Shown: piece after piece, positions 13,186-27,086 of the stretch
Layout: each line of letters starts with the position of its first letter
Numbering within the stretch: position 1 is the first letter of the stretch
The notes under the pieces: generated by a model
Seen by the model: only the letters and a program-made list of their open reading frames with translations
The model's database searches: none
What the model was told of the DNA's origin: nothing
Source of the DNA: Guillardia theta CCMP2712
Lineage: Eukaryota > Protista > Cryptophyta
Reading direction: 5' to 3'
DNA: 64,000 bases
Assembly: GCF_000315625.1 (NCBI RefSeq)
Contig: NW_005434622.1
Location: 1-64,000 of the forward strand
Program-made: the position numbers and the translations under genes

Positions 13186-13813
13186 CTTCCCCCTACAATC
13201 AGCTGAGGGAACTACTCGACGTCAGTAGAGTAGAAGCCATTAGCACAAGGATTCGGCAGACAGAGGTATAGAAATAGAGCTGACCTGCTGGCTGTCACAA
13301 GGTGCTTGGATGCCTGCGTCCTATCACTAACAAGATGCGAGCATCCCACCAGTCATCCAGTCAAATTTTTGATGCTCATGCGTCAAGTCCCTTCCTCGCT
13401 GCTACTAACTAGCAACGAACAAATTTTTCTGCCTTCGAGTAATTCTAGGTAAAATCTCTGAGGCAGGCCGTGTTGATTTAGATCAAGCGCGGCCCGCAGA
13501 CAGTTGATCACCGCATGACTGTTGTACTAAATAACCTCAGCATGACAGTCTTTATAACCTCACACTAGCAAGAGATATCGGATATGAACTTGCTTGAGTC
13601 TAGTTCAAAAATTCTTGCTAAGATATTCTCAGTGCCAAATGGAGTGTGCTTCATGAAGGAAAACGGCCGCTGGCACAGAAAAGTTTTGCTGACCCGCCGG
13701 CAAAGTTCAGTCTCCCTGCCTCTTGTCTCTCAGCATCGAAATATCTGGCAAATTGTTCTGTTTTCACGTTCTACTTTGATCTCAATTCATTCTCCTGGTA
13801 GTTCAAAACATTA

Positions 13814-14983
13814 TCAAGTCGAGAGCGAATCCAGCCTGATGACCCCAACAAAGTTAGTCTCCAGCGATCCCAGGTACAGGTTGCCGTTTCGTATCACAAC
13901 ACTTGTGACCATCCTCATTCGCTGGCCGTCAGGATCTTGAAGCTCTCTGAGGATAGCGCCGTCCTCTAACGAAACCTCCACCAGGCAGGAATATGGAGAT
14001 TGCGCAGGGAGCATCCAGCTCGGCAAGAGCATAAGTGCGCTTCGGATTAACTGATCCATCACATCACTTGGTAGGGAAGAAATCAACCCCGCCAGCCTCG
14101 GCGCTGCAGTCGGAACAGCTACCCATGCCGTGTGTGCTTTTGGATCTATTGTGACTCCATCGATATATCCTGGAAATCTAGAAGCCAGCACTTCCCGCCT
14201 TCCCCTCTCAGGCCGTCTCAACCATATTTTAGTGAGACGCGCCGCAAACGTCTCAGCCACTAGCAAGTATGATTCATCAGGCGAAATTGTAAGCCCGTTT
14301 GCAAACCAAAGTCCTTCTGCTAGGACGTTTACGTGACCCGTTTGCGGATTATATTCCAACACTTTGCCTGCTGGTTTACCGCGGATACAATCCAAGATAG
14401 ATGCGCCCACTACATCAAACTCATCTTGACTTTTCCTTGTCCTCCATGGAAGAATATCGGTGGCAACCGTGAAATAAACTTTCTTTGAAATCGGTCCGAT
14501 AGCGATATCATCTGCCAGGGTGATGCCCTCTGAGTATACAAGCTCAACTGACGGTCTATTAACAAAGCTCTTGTCAAAATGCACCCGTAAAAGACCTTTG
14601 AGAGCACAAGCAATGAATAATGTATGATCAGAATGAAACTTGCCGCCTAGCAATCGGCCTGGACCCAGATATATAACTCGCTTGCTTCTTGCAGTCTGAC
14701 TATCACTGTCAAATTCTACCAGATACCCATCACCTTGTAACCCAAACATTCTTCCACCAGGAGAAAAAATAATAGTTTCCACTGAGTATGCAGAGGGACC
14801 TTGAAGCACATGGTTTCGAAGCAAGGTATTTGAACGATTTATGGGAGAAAACGTTGGATAATCGTTCCTTGCTAACTTTGCAGCAGGAAGCTGTTCGTTG
14901 TCTACTAGCCATGCAGCGAAAGAGAACAGAGCAACAAGAGCAGAAGCGCCTATCCATCTGCTGACCATTCCATTCATTTCCAA
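13814..14983 (-). CDS. Strictosidine synthase-like / APMAP-family beta-propeller, intronless
   Basis: N-terminal TM segment. Family motifs GRLLG, LADDIAI, GKVLEYNP, GLWFANGL, LLVAET, PGYIDGV, LQDPDG, LYLGSL. Confidence 0.88.
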   Translation of the reverse strand: MEMNGMVSRWIGASALVALFSFAAWLVDNEQLPAAKLARNDYPTFSPINRSNTLLRNHVLQGPSAYSVETIIFSPGGRMFGLQGDGYLVEFDSDSQTARSKRVIYLGPGRLLGGKFHSDHTLFIACALKGLLRVHFDKSFVNRPSVELVYSEGITLADDIAIGPISKKVYFTVATDILPWRTRKSQDEFDVVGASILDCIRGKPAGKVLEYNPQTGHVNVLAEGLWFANGLTISPDESYLLVAETFAARLTKIWLRRPERGRREVLASRFPGYIDGVTIDPKAHTAWVAVPTAAPRLAGLISSLPSDVMDQLIRSALMLLPSWMLPAQSPYSCLVEVSLEDGAILRELQDPDGQRMRMVTSVVIRNGNLYLGSLETNFVGVIRLDSLST

Positions 14984-15027
14984 CCTACCATGCTCGCCTC
15001 GTCTACCTCCAAAGTCAAAGTGTATTC

Positions 15028-15430
15028 TTCACTCAAAGTTAAGTTAAAGATCAGTACGAGGACACTCAGGGCCTGAGACCGTACGGCAGCCCGCGGCCCG
15101 GCCTGGACCGTCCGGGAGGCTTGACCCTGACACTCCGAGGCTGTCGGTCGCACAGGCCAGACGGCGAGAAGAGAAAAACACAGCGCAAGAACCAAACTTG
15201 GGTTGAAACCTCAGGGAGGCCTTTAAATCATGACTATTTCAAGTTCAAGTTGCGTTGCCACTCCATCTCGAGTCTCGTGATTGTCCTCGTTGCTAGTTAT
15301 GATCTGACTCAGTGACTTTGAGCCACGTTGAAAGGAGATCGTGATCAGTCGACCGGGCCGGTCTGAGTATCCGGCCCGCCGCCGTTGAACTTGGAATCAC
15401 GGCGGCCGGGCTGCGGCGCGGCACATGGGT
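15028..15430. promoter_or_regulatory. GC-rich island with reverse-strand copy of the element (gtgtcctcgtactgatctttaacttaactttgagtgaa)
   Basis: 15028-15065 is the reverse complement of a near-exact match to 1917-1953. It lies about 45 nt upstream of the SSL start. Confidence 0.5.
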
Positions 15431-15479
15431 ATGTCATGGCTGTTGATCGAGATGAGCGAGGACAGCGTCATGCCACCTT

Positions 15480-16360
15480 AGAAAGTTCGTTCAGGCAAAG
15501 GGAGACACTATATTGTTTCCTCACCCTTCCAGATTGTCGGATGTCAAACCCAACGTTCTGCGAAGAAGCGCGATATGCTTGCATTCTCTTTTCCTAGCAC
15601 GTCAGTGGAGTCAAATAATGTCCAGAGGATAAGAAATCCTGCAAAACAGCATTGTCTCACCGAAGTCGAAAGTCTAAACATGCACATTTAGATCGCGCCC
15701 CACCAATCGATACCTGCTTCAAACAAATCAGATTTTGTATTTTTGCTTGTCACTTTGCCTTGTAAGGTTTCCTAGTTGAGCCTAGTACAATAAATATTGC
15801 TTCTTCTTTTGACAAATCCACCAAAGTCCCCATCTGCGGCGGCAAACATTCCATCAGGGGGAAGCAACAGTCTTTTAGACAGCTGAAGATCACACTTCAA
15901 GCTCGGACATTCGCTCTTCGAGGGATCTTCCAGCATTCGGATGAGGTCTAGAGGTCTTGCTCGATTTCGCCTGCAATATGACATGGTCTCTGGGAAGAAC
16001 AAGCCGCGACCTGGAAAAATATTCACCTCTTCCCTCAGTTCTGGAAATTCTTGTTCTTGCACAGGATCTTTCTTCACAGCGCTTCTAAGTGTACGAGTCG
16101 ATTTTCCTTCCCCCGCCACAACAGTTTTTCTCCTTTTCGTAGAGCTCTCAGACTTGATTTCTCCTGTCTCCTTGCCTTCGTCTTTGCTCAAAGACGACAA
16201 CCCATGTAATTCGCTGGCTATCCCCAGGCTTATCAAGAGTTCTCGATTCTCCCGGATTCGCTGCAGACGCTGTTGGAAGGCGACAGTAAGCAAACAAGAA
16301 GCAATGTGCTTTGATGGGGCAGATGCAAGTGCAACATACCTTTTCTTCATAGGCAGACAT
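15480..16360 (-). CDS. Hypothetical nuclear protein, multi-exon
   Basis: MSAYEEK|intron|QRLQRIRENRELLISLGI is a typical N-terminal helix of several nuclear proteins. Basic KRRK NLS. The 3' end is approximate. Confidence 0.5.
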
Positions 16361-16547
16361 GGCTCCTGCCAGGGATCGCCAGAGAGAGCAGGATAGGTCG
16401 ACAGTGACAGGGGAGGACTGGAAACCTGACTGGAAACCTTGTCCGCTGGCGGTTACATTGCAGCCGTTACCGGCCAGACTGCTTCCACGATCCGCTTGTC
16501 GATGGACACGAGCGGGATGGAGGTTCCACCTGCCAAGTTACAGTGCT

Positions 16548-16594
16548 ATGCGCGTGTCTTGAGGGCCATGCGCGTGTCTTGAGGGCCATGCGCG
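16548..16594. repeat. 20-bp tandem repeat (atgcgcgtgtcttgagggcc x about 2.4) in a divergent intergenic region
   Basis: Directly visible in the sequence. Confidence 0.9.
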
Positions 16595-16877
16595 AGTAGA
16601 GAGGAGAGGCTGAGATTTTGATGCTGATGGCAACCTTAAGATTGATCTGACCCTCCTTGACAGATTCTTGCCTCCAGGCTCATCGGGTTACAAGGTGAAG
16701 CCCATAGCAGTCTTTGTCTTGCATGAACGTTTCATCTCAGTTGTAGCCGCCTGCAACTGCTTTTTGCCTCCCATCACTACCAGGAACCTACTACGGTCAT
16801 TCAATCCGTTGATCCTGGCGAGAGTGTGAACTTGGACTCTCAGTTTACGCGGAGGTTGCTCCATCCAACAAGTTCGC

Positions 16878-18812
16878 ATGACTCAATCTGGATCAGACGC
16901 CAAGGTGATTTACTTATCTAGTCAAATTCCTTCACTTACACAACATCCTTTCAATTTCTTTTGTTACTGCTGTTGAGCAGCGAGCTCGCAGCATGGTGTT
17001 TCGTTATCTTGTTGAATAATGCTCTGACTGCAAGCTCAGAAGCGCATTGGAACTCATGACGGAGCATTTCATTGCGACGAGGTTTTGGCGTGAGAAATTT
17101 TTTGAAGTCCGATCACTTTAAAGTACTAATATGATGATCGAGATGTTGGATGCTGCATCAAACCAAACAGTTCGCCGACGCTGAAATCGTGAGAACTCGT
17201 GAGGTCGGATCACCGGGTGTGACGGTATGAGGAATGATGAAGTGCAGGAAAACAAACTCTCAGAGATGGACATTGTCGTCGACGTTGGAGCTGTCTTTGA
17301 CCCTTCAACGCATCGTTACGATCATCACCAGTACGTAGAGATCGCGCGTGCTTTGTTCTTCAGACTGATGAAACTTCTGCAGGAAATCATTTACTGATAC
17401 TTTCGATGAGAAGCATGTTGTTACAAAGCTTTCGTCTGCAGGTTATCCTCTGTCTTCTTACAGGAACTGAAAGCTGAAGAAATGCTTTAGGACTCATCTA
17501 CAAATACTTCGGGCAAGAGGTTCCCTTAGTCTTGTTTGTTCAAGCCTGTTGATTGAAACCATAAATATATCAGATTCTTCAGAATATCGTGAAGAGCGTT
17601 GATGTCAATTACGAGAAGCTTTATCATTTGGTCTACGATAATTTCATGTCTTGTGCTGAGTTTTTGCTCTACAGCTCAATTAAGACTTTTGGCAGTGAGG
17701 AGATCGATGCGGTGGATAATGGGGTCCAATGTTATGCTGCAGATGCTGTTCCCAAGTATAAGGTGAAAGAAAACTGCTTCTTTCTCCCATGTGATTAGAT
17801 TGATTATTCCAGGTCTCTACCATGCTCGGTCAACGCGTTGCTCGGTTGAACCCAGTTAGCAGAGATGTATGGCAATCCAAGCTCTCTTGTAACGTGTTCT
17901 CAGAGCTGGAATGATCAGAGCAAGAAACCAGACGAACAATTTCAGAAGGTTTTCTTTTGTTTTGCGTCTGCTCTCTTTTGAATTCGGCGTAGGCAATGCA
18001 AATTGTTGGTGACGAGATGGAATCCAGTATTTAGTAGGATAGCACCAACGGCCCCGAAACTGAAGACATTTCGCAGTCGTCAACTACTACGCCAAAGCAT
18101 TTCTGCCAGCACGATCAATTGTCTACGAAGCAATATCTTCACGCTTAGATGTGACTTGTAATTGGATTGCCACTGCTGTCAATCGTGACGTGGCCGTTTT
18201 TTCGATGATGACAGGATCATCCAAGTGGAAAGATTATTGTTCTTAAAACGGTTTGCGCTGTGATTGGAAGAATGTATTCTAATACTTTGGACAGGCCTGC
18301 CCTTGGAAGGATCATCTTTTTGAGATTGAGAAGGAGCTCCAGGTTTCCATGTATACACTTGTTCACATCAAAGTCATGTGCGTGTTAGGCCAATGTGCTG
18401 TATGCAGTGTATGAGGACCAAGGAGGGTCATGGCGAGTCCAGGTATGAGAACGACTGGACGGTACCCCAGTGATAGTCACGCAAGGCCGTACCTGAGCGA
18501 CCTGAATCGTTCCATTGCCGCAAGGCGTTGCCGGAAGCCTGGCGCGGAGTAATTACTTGACACGGCCAAGATCTGTCGCTAACGAATATGTAGATTCGAG
18601 ACCAGGCCTTGAGTGATCTTACCGGAGTAGAAAAACGTTGTTTCAAGGGCTTGATTTGACACATTTCAGGTACAAGGTTGCATCTTCGTGCACGCGACAG
18701 GCTTCATAGGAGGAGCACAGACGCGGTGAGGCGCGTGATGAATATTTACGTATGCTGAGAATGCTGCAGAGAGGGTGCGATGAAGCTGGCAGAAATGGCG
18801 TTGGATATGTAA
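16878..18812 (+). CDS. MYG1: MYG1 exonuclease (UPF0160), about 19 short introns
   Basis: Spliced translation gives KRIGTHDGAFHCDEVLA, DIVVDVGAVFD...RYDHHQ, KLSSAGLIYKYFG, EEIDAVDNG, CPWKDHLF, RKALPEAWRG, GCIFVHATGFIGG. Confidence 0.93.
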
Positions 18813-18892
18813 GGATTCAAAGCATAAATCATTTGTTGCCAGTTTGTGAAAAATACAATTAGACAGACTCCTCCATCCTCTGTAGTGTCTTC

Positions 18893-19526
18893 AACCTTCG
18901 CTCCTCACGGAGCCTTTCTGTCGTCGCGTTCATCTGAACATCAACACGTCAGAAGAAGATGATTCATCTCACGCCTCACCCTCGGCTCAAAGCACATGTT
19001 GGACCGCATCCATGAATACAAAGTCACCGAGATTGCCAGCAGGAAGAGAAACAGGCCGAGGCTAGTTGGAACGGCTCCAGCACTAATGGGGCTGTACTGT
19101 TGGATCATCAACAGCACCTTCTCGTTGATGGTTCCGTCGACGTGCAGGAATTGCTCCTTGTACTCTTTTTGTTTGATTGGGTCTCCGCCGTCTTGGTACG
19201 GGTCTTTCTCCGTGCTCAGTGCCTGGATTCACACCTTAGCATGACACATGAAAATGCTTCCAACGGCTGCTCTACCTGCGACCTTCCGTTTTGAACGGCT
19301 TGTACAATGCTGCTGGGAGCACGCGGCTGAGTTGCTGAACAAGTGGTGGCCAGCATGGCAAGGAGGAACCTAGGAAAAAGGCAAATGATTGCAAGGCAAG
19401 AGAGGCTAATCACTAGAGAACAACAGAAGCTAATCACTGCATGTGTGGTAGCAAGATAAACTATCTGCTTGCACTACTTTCATCCCCTTACTGCATGGCG
19501 TCGTCGTTGCCCGTGCTACTCACCAT
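18893..19526 (-). CDS. Small hypothetical secreted/membrane protein, multi-exon
   Basis: Hydrophobic N-terminal exon, then ...EKDPYQDGGDPIKQKEYKEQFLHVDGTINEK..., then a C-terminal hydrophobic tail. Boundaries uncertain. Confidence 0.35.
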
Positions 19527-19865
19527 GTCGAACGGTGCTGGAACTGCATCATACCCGCCGCACTCTCCTGCTCTAAATTGGGGGGGAAAAAAAGGTCACC
19601 TTTTTTTTTCGCTGTGAGGACCGAAAAGGGTTCTCAAGTTTAACGATGGCGAGAGAGACAGAGGGGGGAGGAGGCGGAAGAGTGAAGGCGACTCGATGTA
19701 TGAATAGATTTGTAATGTATAGAACTCATGCAAACTCGTTCTCCACCCCCACAGTGCATTCAACAGCGCAACATCTCTGGTCATTCTCATCGTTGCAAAT
19801 TCACAAAGTCTCTGACATCTGCCACACCACAAGAATTGAAGAGCAAAGATGAGCCAGAATTTTAC

Positions 19866-22481
19866 TCATTCAAAAGTTTCTTGAATTTTGAAGAAAGCTT
19901 CCTAAGAGGATGTCAAGGATGGTTTGAAAGACTCGATGCAAAGGGACCTCAAGAGATTTGGCGAATAGGTCGGAATCGGTTTCCTAGTGTTGTTGACAGA
20001 ACATCAAACTTCGACATAGAATTCTTCAACTGACCTTTGAGTCTCTCCATGAAGTAAGATTCAATAGTACTTGATCGTCATGGATTAGATAGCCGACCCC
20101 TGAAGAATCTTTAAGGCGATCCTTGGTAAACAAGAGGTTCTCACCATATCCATGTTCAGAAACAGGGCCAAATGCGAAGATTGAATTCCAAGTTGTTGAG
20201 ACGTTGCTAAGAAACGACATGGTTACTGGACATCGACGCCTTGCTGTGCGCCTACCTTGTTGATATCAGCCAAGTACTCGAATATCCAAATACTTGATGC
20301 TGAAAGGCAGCAGGGATGGCAGCAGGGATCTTCGCCTCTAACAGCTTGTTGTCCACAGGAAGAACCCCATGGGCCACTTTGTTGAGAGCCATCAGATGCC
20401 TGTCAACCCCTTGGCCTTGTACCTGCTCTCTCAGTCAAGGACCATGACGGCAACCAGGCAGCACACCGCCAGGCGAGACAAGTCATTCTGCCGCTTGACA
20501 GCATTCTTGAAGAGTTCTGTCTGTTGATTTCTAGTGAAGGGTTGATATCCCGGGGAGACATTTCTTTTGTCTTGGTTCATTGCTCGTACCATCTGGCTGC
20601 CTTCATCGTGACATGAACGTATAACCTACACATCACAGAGCAGTCAAGTACAGCAGAACCAAGATAATCAACCTCAGTCCTTCCATGAAAATACCCTTTG
20701 GTGGAGCATGATTCATATCTGAAAGTCACAGTGAGTCCATGCCTGCCTCCTCGTCCCTTACGTTGGTACTGCTCTGCCGTGTAGGCGATGATAAGCTATC
20801 TGTATTGCCATCTGCACCACTCCATCGGGGCTCAGCCCCCACAATTTGAATTTCTCTTTGCCAAAGGACGAGAAACGCAGCATGTGGGTGTGAGTGTTGA
20901 GAGTCAGAGCCTCGGCTCTCTTGCGAGCTTCTCTCATCCGACTGCAAATGAAGGAACAAGTCACTCTAATCTCACCCCTCAAACCTCAAATCCAGAAATC
21001 AAATTTGAAATGCTTACTTCTCCATGGCGCTGTCAATCTCAAATTGCAGCGCTACTGGGCAGCTTGGATCAACACAATTGGTTTCTGAAAATCTTGGAAG
21101 AGGAGCAGGGGCCCCCAACGCCTGATTCCCTTGCATGTTGTCCCAAACTTCAGAGAGCCAGCGATTCCAGACTACTCCATCGGAGAATGAGTGCTCAAAA
21201 TTAACTCCAAGGGCTCCTGTTGAATCGGATATAATCTAGAACGTTTCGTTATGTCTTGCAAGTGATATTTGCATCACCGGCAAACCTGAAGCTTGTCAAA
21301 CCATCTGTTGGAAATCGAATTCATTTGTCCATGAAGGATATCTTGAGCTCGTTCTGTGTAACCCTGGTGTGGTCCATGATCAAGGCAAACAACAAAAAGT
21401 GCAGAGTCGATCGTTCGCAGCGACTCCTGATTGATGGCCGAGCAAGTTTCCAGCTGTTTTCGAGTGTTGGCCCATGCATCGCGATCCTCCCACGTAAATA
21501 TTCCAACACCAACTTCATTTCCCTTCGCTGGCGGGACTGTATCGAGGACATGTTGTATTTGTTGCTCAAGCGCCTCACAGGACAGAATCTCAGACCTGTC
21601 GGCAGAGAGAACCTGGTGTAGCGATCAACCTTTCAAACATAAGTGTGATTCGATGCACCTGCACTTGAAAGAATTTGTTTCCTCGAATCAAAACAACATG
21701 ACGAGAATGCGCGTTCGTCTTGAGGATGTCCCTACCGATGTGTGGAATTCGTGCTGTTCCAAGTAGTCTGGTTCACACGAAGACTTCAGAGACGTCGCAA
21801 GAAGCTCAACAGAGCTGACCTCGAGAAGAAACTCATGCAGCTAGGGCTCTTTTCTGGCTCAAGATGCCCTCGAAGAACTTTCTCTTGCCATCTGAAACTA
21901 AGAGATATGAATTTCGATAGCCGACTGGCCTGAGATTTCGGTTTCCCGCAATCTTCATCATGTTTCAAGTTGTATGCTGGGTTCACATGAACTGGTATGG
22001 GGCATCTGAGGTTGAGGTACATGTCGTCCCAATACCTTTCCTGAAAGTGCTTGATAAGAAGAAGAAAGCATAAGTACTCTTAGCATCACCACATAGCTGT
22101 ACGGGTATCCTTCGTGCTCAAGAGATTGTAACAGCAACGACTGCAATGTTGAACCTTCTTCTTCTTCAAATTTTCTGACGATTTCACTATACTTCTGAAA
22201 TTCACTTGGCTCCATCAGCGGTATCAAGCTTTGGGGAAATCAGACAGCCAGTTTCAAGCAGGTGGTCAGGTCAAACCTTTGGAGATATCGTTGAACAGTA
22301 GACTTAAGGTCTGGAACAGGTAGCTTGGGAAGTTGTAAATGATTGTGCGAGTACAAATGAGAGAAGTCGTAGAGCTTGGAGTCCCCGGTTGAAGAAAAGC
22401 ATCGTGATCTTGCCAACCTTTTCGATACTTGAATGGCAAATCTTGCAAAATCAAGTCAACCATCGATACCCAATGCAGCAT
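19866..22481 (-). CDS. Carnitine/choline O-acyltransferase family protein, multi-exon
   Basis: LPKLPVPDLKSTVQRYL, WDDMYLNLRCPIPVHVNP, NRWFDK, catalytic FEHSFSDG, SPDGVVQMAIQIAYHRLHG, YESCSTKGYFHGRTE, GQGVDRHL, FGPVSEHGYG. Confidence 0.92.
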
Positions 22482-22656
22482 GACTGACTATGGAACTATG
22501 CCGCATGACTGACATTGAGTTCTTTTTGGACTTAACGCGAAACGTTCTCCCATTCATGTGACATTGGTATCAAATAGAATGTGTTCCTACCATATATCCT
22601 CCAAATAACTACTTGAGGTTAACAAGCATTATCATTCCATCTTTCGTCCTTCTTTC

Positions 22657-22858
22657 CTCCCCTCTGCCTCAAGCGTACATCCCCTCCCCTCCCCTCTGCT
22701 TCAAGCGTACCTCGCCTCTCCTCCCCTCTGCTTCAAGCGTACATCCCCTCCCCTCCCCTCTGCTTCAAGCGTACCTCGCATCTCCTCCCCTCTGCTTCAA
22801 GCGCCTCTCCTCCCCTCTGCTTCAAGCGCCTCTCCTCCCCTCTGCTTCAAGCGTACCT
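22657..22858. repeat. Minisatellite, 7 copies of ctcccctctgcttcaagcg with short alternating linkers
   Basis: Directly visible. Linkers alternate tacatcccctc / tacctcgcctctc, then shorten. Confidence 0.92.
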
Positions 22859-23176
22859 CTGGGCTTCTTTGATCCGCAGCATGATCCCAGCGGCAGCTCG
22901 TCGCACAAAGTCGTTATTAGTGCATAACCGATGACGGGCCGGCGCAGGGAGTTCAGTCGGGAGTAACGGTCGGACTCGACTCACCGGGCCGGCGGCGAGT
23001 ACTGAACGGTCAGTGATCGGATGCCGCACTGCCAGCAGCATTGCAGTGTACAAGAAAACTTTACTTCATAATTCAGTGAATATGTGACTCTGTGAAGCCG
23101 AGAAAACGGCATCAGAACTCGAGATCCGAGTCCCATAGTCCTTGCAGACTATTCTTGCGATTTCTGTCAGAACATG

Positions 23177-25700
23177 TCATGCAGATTCAAGGTATAGCAA
23201 AACTGAGCATACCACCACAGTTGACCCAGGGCAGGTGAGAAATTTACATTTCAAATCGTTGGATCTTTTCCTGATGGAATTCGCCAATGCCATCAACTTT
23301 GCTCTACCAACAAATTCATAAGCGCAAGATTGAAGAGTGAACGCGTTAAGCACCTCCCTTCGGGCGACTTCTTGATGTGGAGAAGCTTCCCAACACATTG
23401 AATTGCAACTTTGTGGCGCCACAACATGCTCCTGTTCTCCATCAGTTGCAGTCAATCTATCAGTAAAAACCGACTGGAAGTCTTTCCCATCTCTTGTGTG
23501 AACGCTCAGCGGCGGTGAAACGCTTGACAAAACCTTCTGGTAGTCATCCTACCCCCGATTGTAAGGCTTGCGCAAATCGTGAACGAGATCTCTGTGCATA
23601 CCTCGTCCGCGATGTCGTACGACGCTGTCAACCTGACGAGTCTACCCCGCTCATCTCGTTCGAACACGTGCGATACAGTTAACACCTGTCAGACTAGGAT
23701 GAGGTTGGGCATCAGAGTATGTAGACACAGGAGAACCTCTGCATCATATGCCCCTGTATCCTTGGTCAACAGATCGGGTTTAGAGAACTGTGAATTGTCT
23801 CAGTGGAGACCATCATAATTCTTTTGTTTACGTCGTTTTTGTTGCTTTCCGTGTCTTTTCCCTGTTTTTGCGCGAAGAAAATCATTTTTTTTGTTGAGAA
23901 TGATATTGAATTTACCTGACGCATCCACGACGCTCCCTTCGTGTGTACAACAAAATGTCTCGTTGCCGAATCAACAGAGTAAAGCTGAGAACGTGCATCA
24001 GAACATACATTCTTATTGCTTTGAGATCGAACTGACCAAATCCTCGATCACAAAGCATACAAAATCGATTTCACTGATAAAAGATCATTAAAAGGTTCAC
24101 ATGGTGCGTCTTAGGGCATCTATTGTGTCATTACCTACAAGGAAGGCGAACTTCGTGAGCATAAAACCTAAAAGTGATCTCACTTGACAAGAAAGTTCAA
24201 CACCCTGAACAATACTTTGCAATCAGGTCCTCCTCGGAAATCCCAACTATGTCAGAAATTGATGGACCACAAGAAATTGTTTTCCTTTTTCCCGACACTG
24301 ATCACGGTTCAGTACAATGCAGTAAGTTGAAGAAATGAAACAAACCTGGATCAAACTCAAATGATATCCAACTTTTCTTCTCATGCATTCGTTGTGCCTC
24401 TTGGGCTGCAGATTCTGATGGGAATTTTCCCTGAGCAGCAAGAATATCTATTGCACTCTGAGCTATGCTAGCTGCTTCTCTGATGGAATCCAGAAGCACT
24501 CCACGGGTATCAGCAAATGCACTCAGCAAAGCCTGAAAACAGAAATGATTCATGTAGTCAACATCGATTGACAGCGAGACCTGTGACGAGTAACCAAGCT
24601 CAATGTATGGTCGCATTGCCATGCAGTCAAGGAAGAGGTCTTCAACTTCACGTAGTCGGCCACGACGGTCGTGTAGAATTCCCAAACGTTTCCGAGATAT
24701 GCTTCGATGCTCGATCTTGGTTGAAGACTGTCCAGTAACAACGTCCTGAGGCTGTTCATCTCCGCCACTTCGAGTTCTTGATGCTCCTCTCTCTGCGGAA
24801 TCGATTTCTACTTTGCTGGAAACTTTCAGCTCCCCAGCCTTCTTGGCTGATTTAATTCTTCGATTGTAACCCTCGTATGAGTCAACCAGCTGATCAAACG
24901 GGTTCTTCGTATCTTCTACCTGCGATCGTTTTCCCAAGACATCTGTGCTTTTGAATACAGAGGGATGCTGAGAAACAAGTTGAGCATTTGGAACCTGAGA
25001 AGGATTGAGGGATGAAATCGAATTTGCGCCGGGCATAGAGACCGCGAGTCGAGATTGGAAAGATGCATCTGATATCTGAACATTATTCAAGGAAGAATCC
25101 GGTAAAAGGGATGTAGGAAAAACGTTCGCAGGACTGCTGTTGTGTTTGGGAACTCCTAATGAGCTCAAGTTGGATTCCATAATATTGCTGAAAATAAAGG
25201 GAGAAATTGCAGAGGTTGATCCTAATGAAGAGTTCAAACCAGCACCGTTGACACTTGGAGCCTGACTGTTCAAAGCAAGCCCGTGATTCCCAAGGTTCAG
25301 AAATTGCGAATTGTTGAGAATGTTCCCAGGAGCATTGCTCAAATTGCTGTGTAGCAAAGCACTGATGTCCTGATTGGTCGCCATCAAATTGAACGAATTC
25401 GGTACAGCTGCAGCATTCTGATTGCCCAATCTCGCAAGACTTTGATTTCCTATTGGGAAAAACAACTGCGGGGTATTTGTGTCGGGAATCCTCGGTCCTC
25501 CAAAGCCGGGATTCAAGATGGGATGGGATGACATGCTTTGTGTTGGAGTAATGCACATCGAATTCAGTGAGAGATTCTGCCCTTGATTCTTCAGAATTGT
25601 ACCCAAGCTCTGCATTGTGGCTGAAGATGTATCAGGCATTTTGAAGCATAGTTGACATTCGAATCACTTACTGGAGTTGGCACCAGTTCCCTCCAGACAC
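23177..25700 (-). CDS. Hypothetical protein: long S/N/Q-rich N-terminus plus globular C-terminal region, multi-exon
   Basis: 445-aa ORF at 24302-25639. Probable downstream exons (ISDIVGISEEDLIAK; VLTVSHVFERDERGRLVRLTASYD; DDYQKVLSSV...). Joining these into one gene is inferred. Confidence 0.5.
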
Positions 25701-27086
25701 AACATGTTGGAAGTATCTGACTTGCTACTTGCTACTGCAGATAACAAGGACGCCGCAGAATACCTGAAATGGCATGAGGTATTGATCAGTTTACAAAGAC
25801 AGAATGAGCAATGTTTCTCACAAATTGTTCATCTTTAGAAGGCAAACGATTCACTGTAGCATCGGACCTCTATCATCGTGAAGCTTCTAAGGCCGGATGA
25901 TGCTAAATGATTTTATCATGGATAATGATTCTCAGAAACCTGTCAACGCGGATCGAACTTTTGTCAGCATGTTCAAATATCGTTAGCGATTCTGTAAATG
26001 AGATTCAAGAATCTGCATCACATGTACAACGAAATAAACCAATCCCATTCGTTTGACCATCGCTATTTGCTCTGCTCCACGTTGCTTGAGTCCTTTTCTC
26101 CTTGCCCCCACCACACCTCATCCCTGAACAATCTGAATATATTCTTGATATGGCCTCGCCCATCGCTACAATCCTTCAATCTCGGGAAAGTTTCTTCTGA
26201 TGGTGTGTTCTTCTCGTTGATTTCTCTCACTTTGCCCTGCTTCTACTCTTGTCTCCTTGTCATACCATCATCCTTTCATCCCCTCTTGTCTCCTTCCTGA
26301 ATCACCCTGCCCGCGTGATAGCGCCCAACCTGCCCTTGGACCCCACCCACACACGGTACATCGCGCTTCAGAGATTGGTTGGTCTTGGTGGGGTAAGGTG
26401 GTATCCGAGGACCTTTGTGCATTAATCCTTTGAGCGCAAATATAAAAGATAGGGGTATGGAGGTGCTCAGCCACAGCCATGATTGATGTGGAGGCTGTAT
26501 CATGGGTAGGGGTGGTGGAATTATTTGTACCTTTATAATAATGTATTCTAATAAGTGTTTTAGATCATCATCTACATGTACCTGTTCTGCAGTCTTTTCC
26601 CGTTCATACCCAATCAAATACCCCACCCCCTGGGAACCTAGCAATCTCAGGTAGATGATTCGGTAGCTCCCAACCCCCACCCGGAATTTCCAACGGTATT
26701 GGTGTCGACGAGAAGGAAGTAAAATATTTTACCAGCTAAATGTAATGTAGGAGAAGGCAGGAGCAGTCATCCAATCCCGAGGTGTAGCGTTAAAAACACT
26801 TTTTGGGGTGTTCATGCAGGCACCACGTGACAACTGGCATGTCGGTTTGTACCGACACATGTAAAAATGATATAGATGCTTCCTGGTAACACTGTACAAA
26901 ATGGTCATCATTAAAACTACTTTATAAAAATCGGTAATGCCCCGACCTTTAGGCCTCCCACCCCTTCGGGGGCAACCGGCGACGCACGAGTCCTAGGACC
27001 GCAACCATAGATGACCTAGGACTCATTCCTAGCGCCTCGTCCAGTATTGGGAATCTGCTCCTGCCAGGCAGACCACAACAACAGAC

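Noticed and set aside
22657-22858. Repeat-spacer look resembling a CRISPR array
   Set aside because: Spacers are very short, low-complexity and themselves repeated. No cas genes, eukaryotic context. It is a minisatellite.
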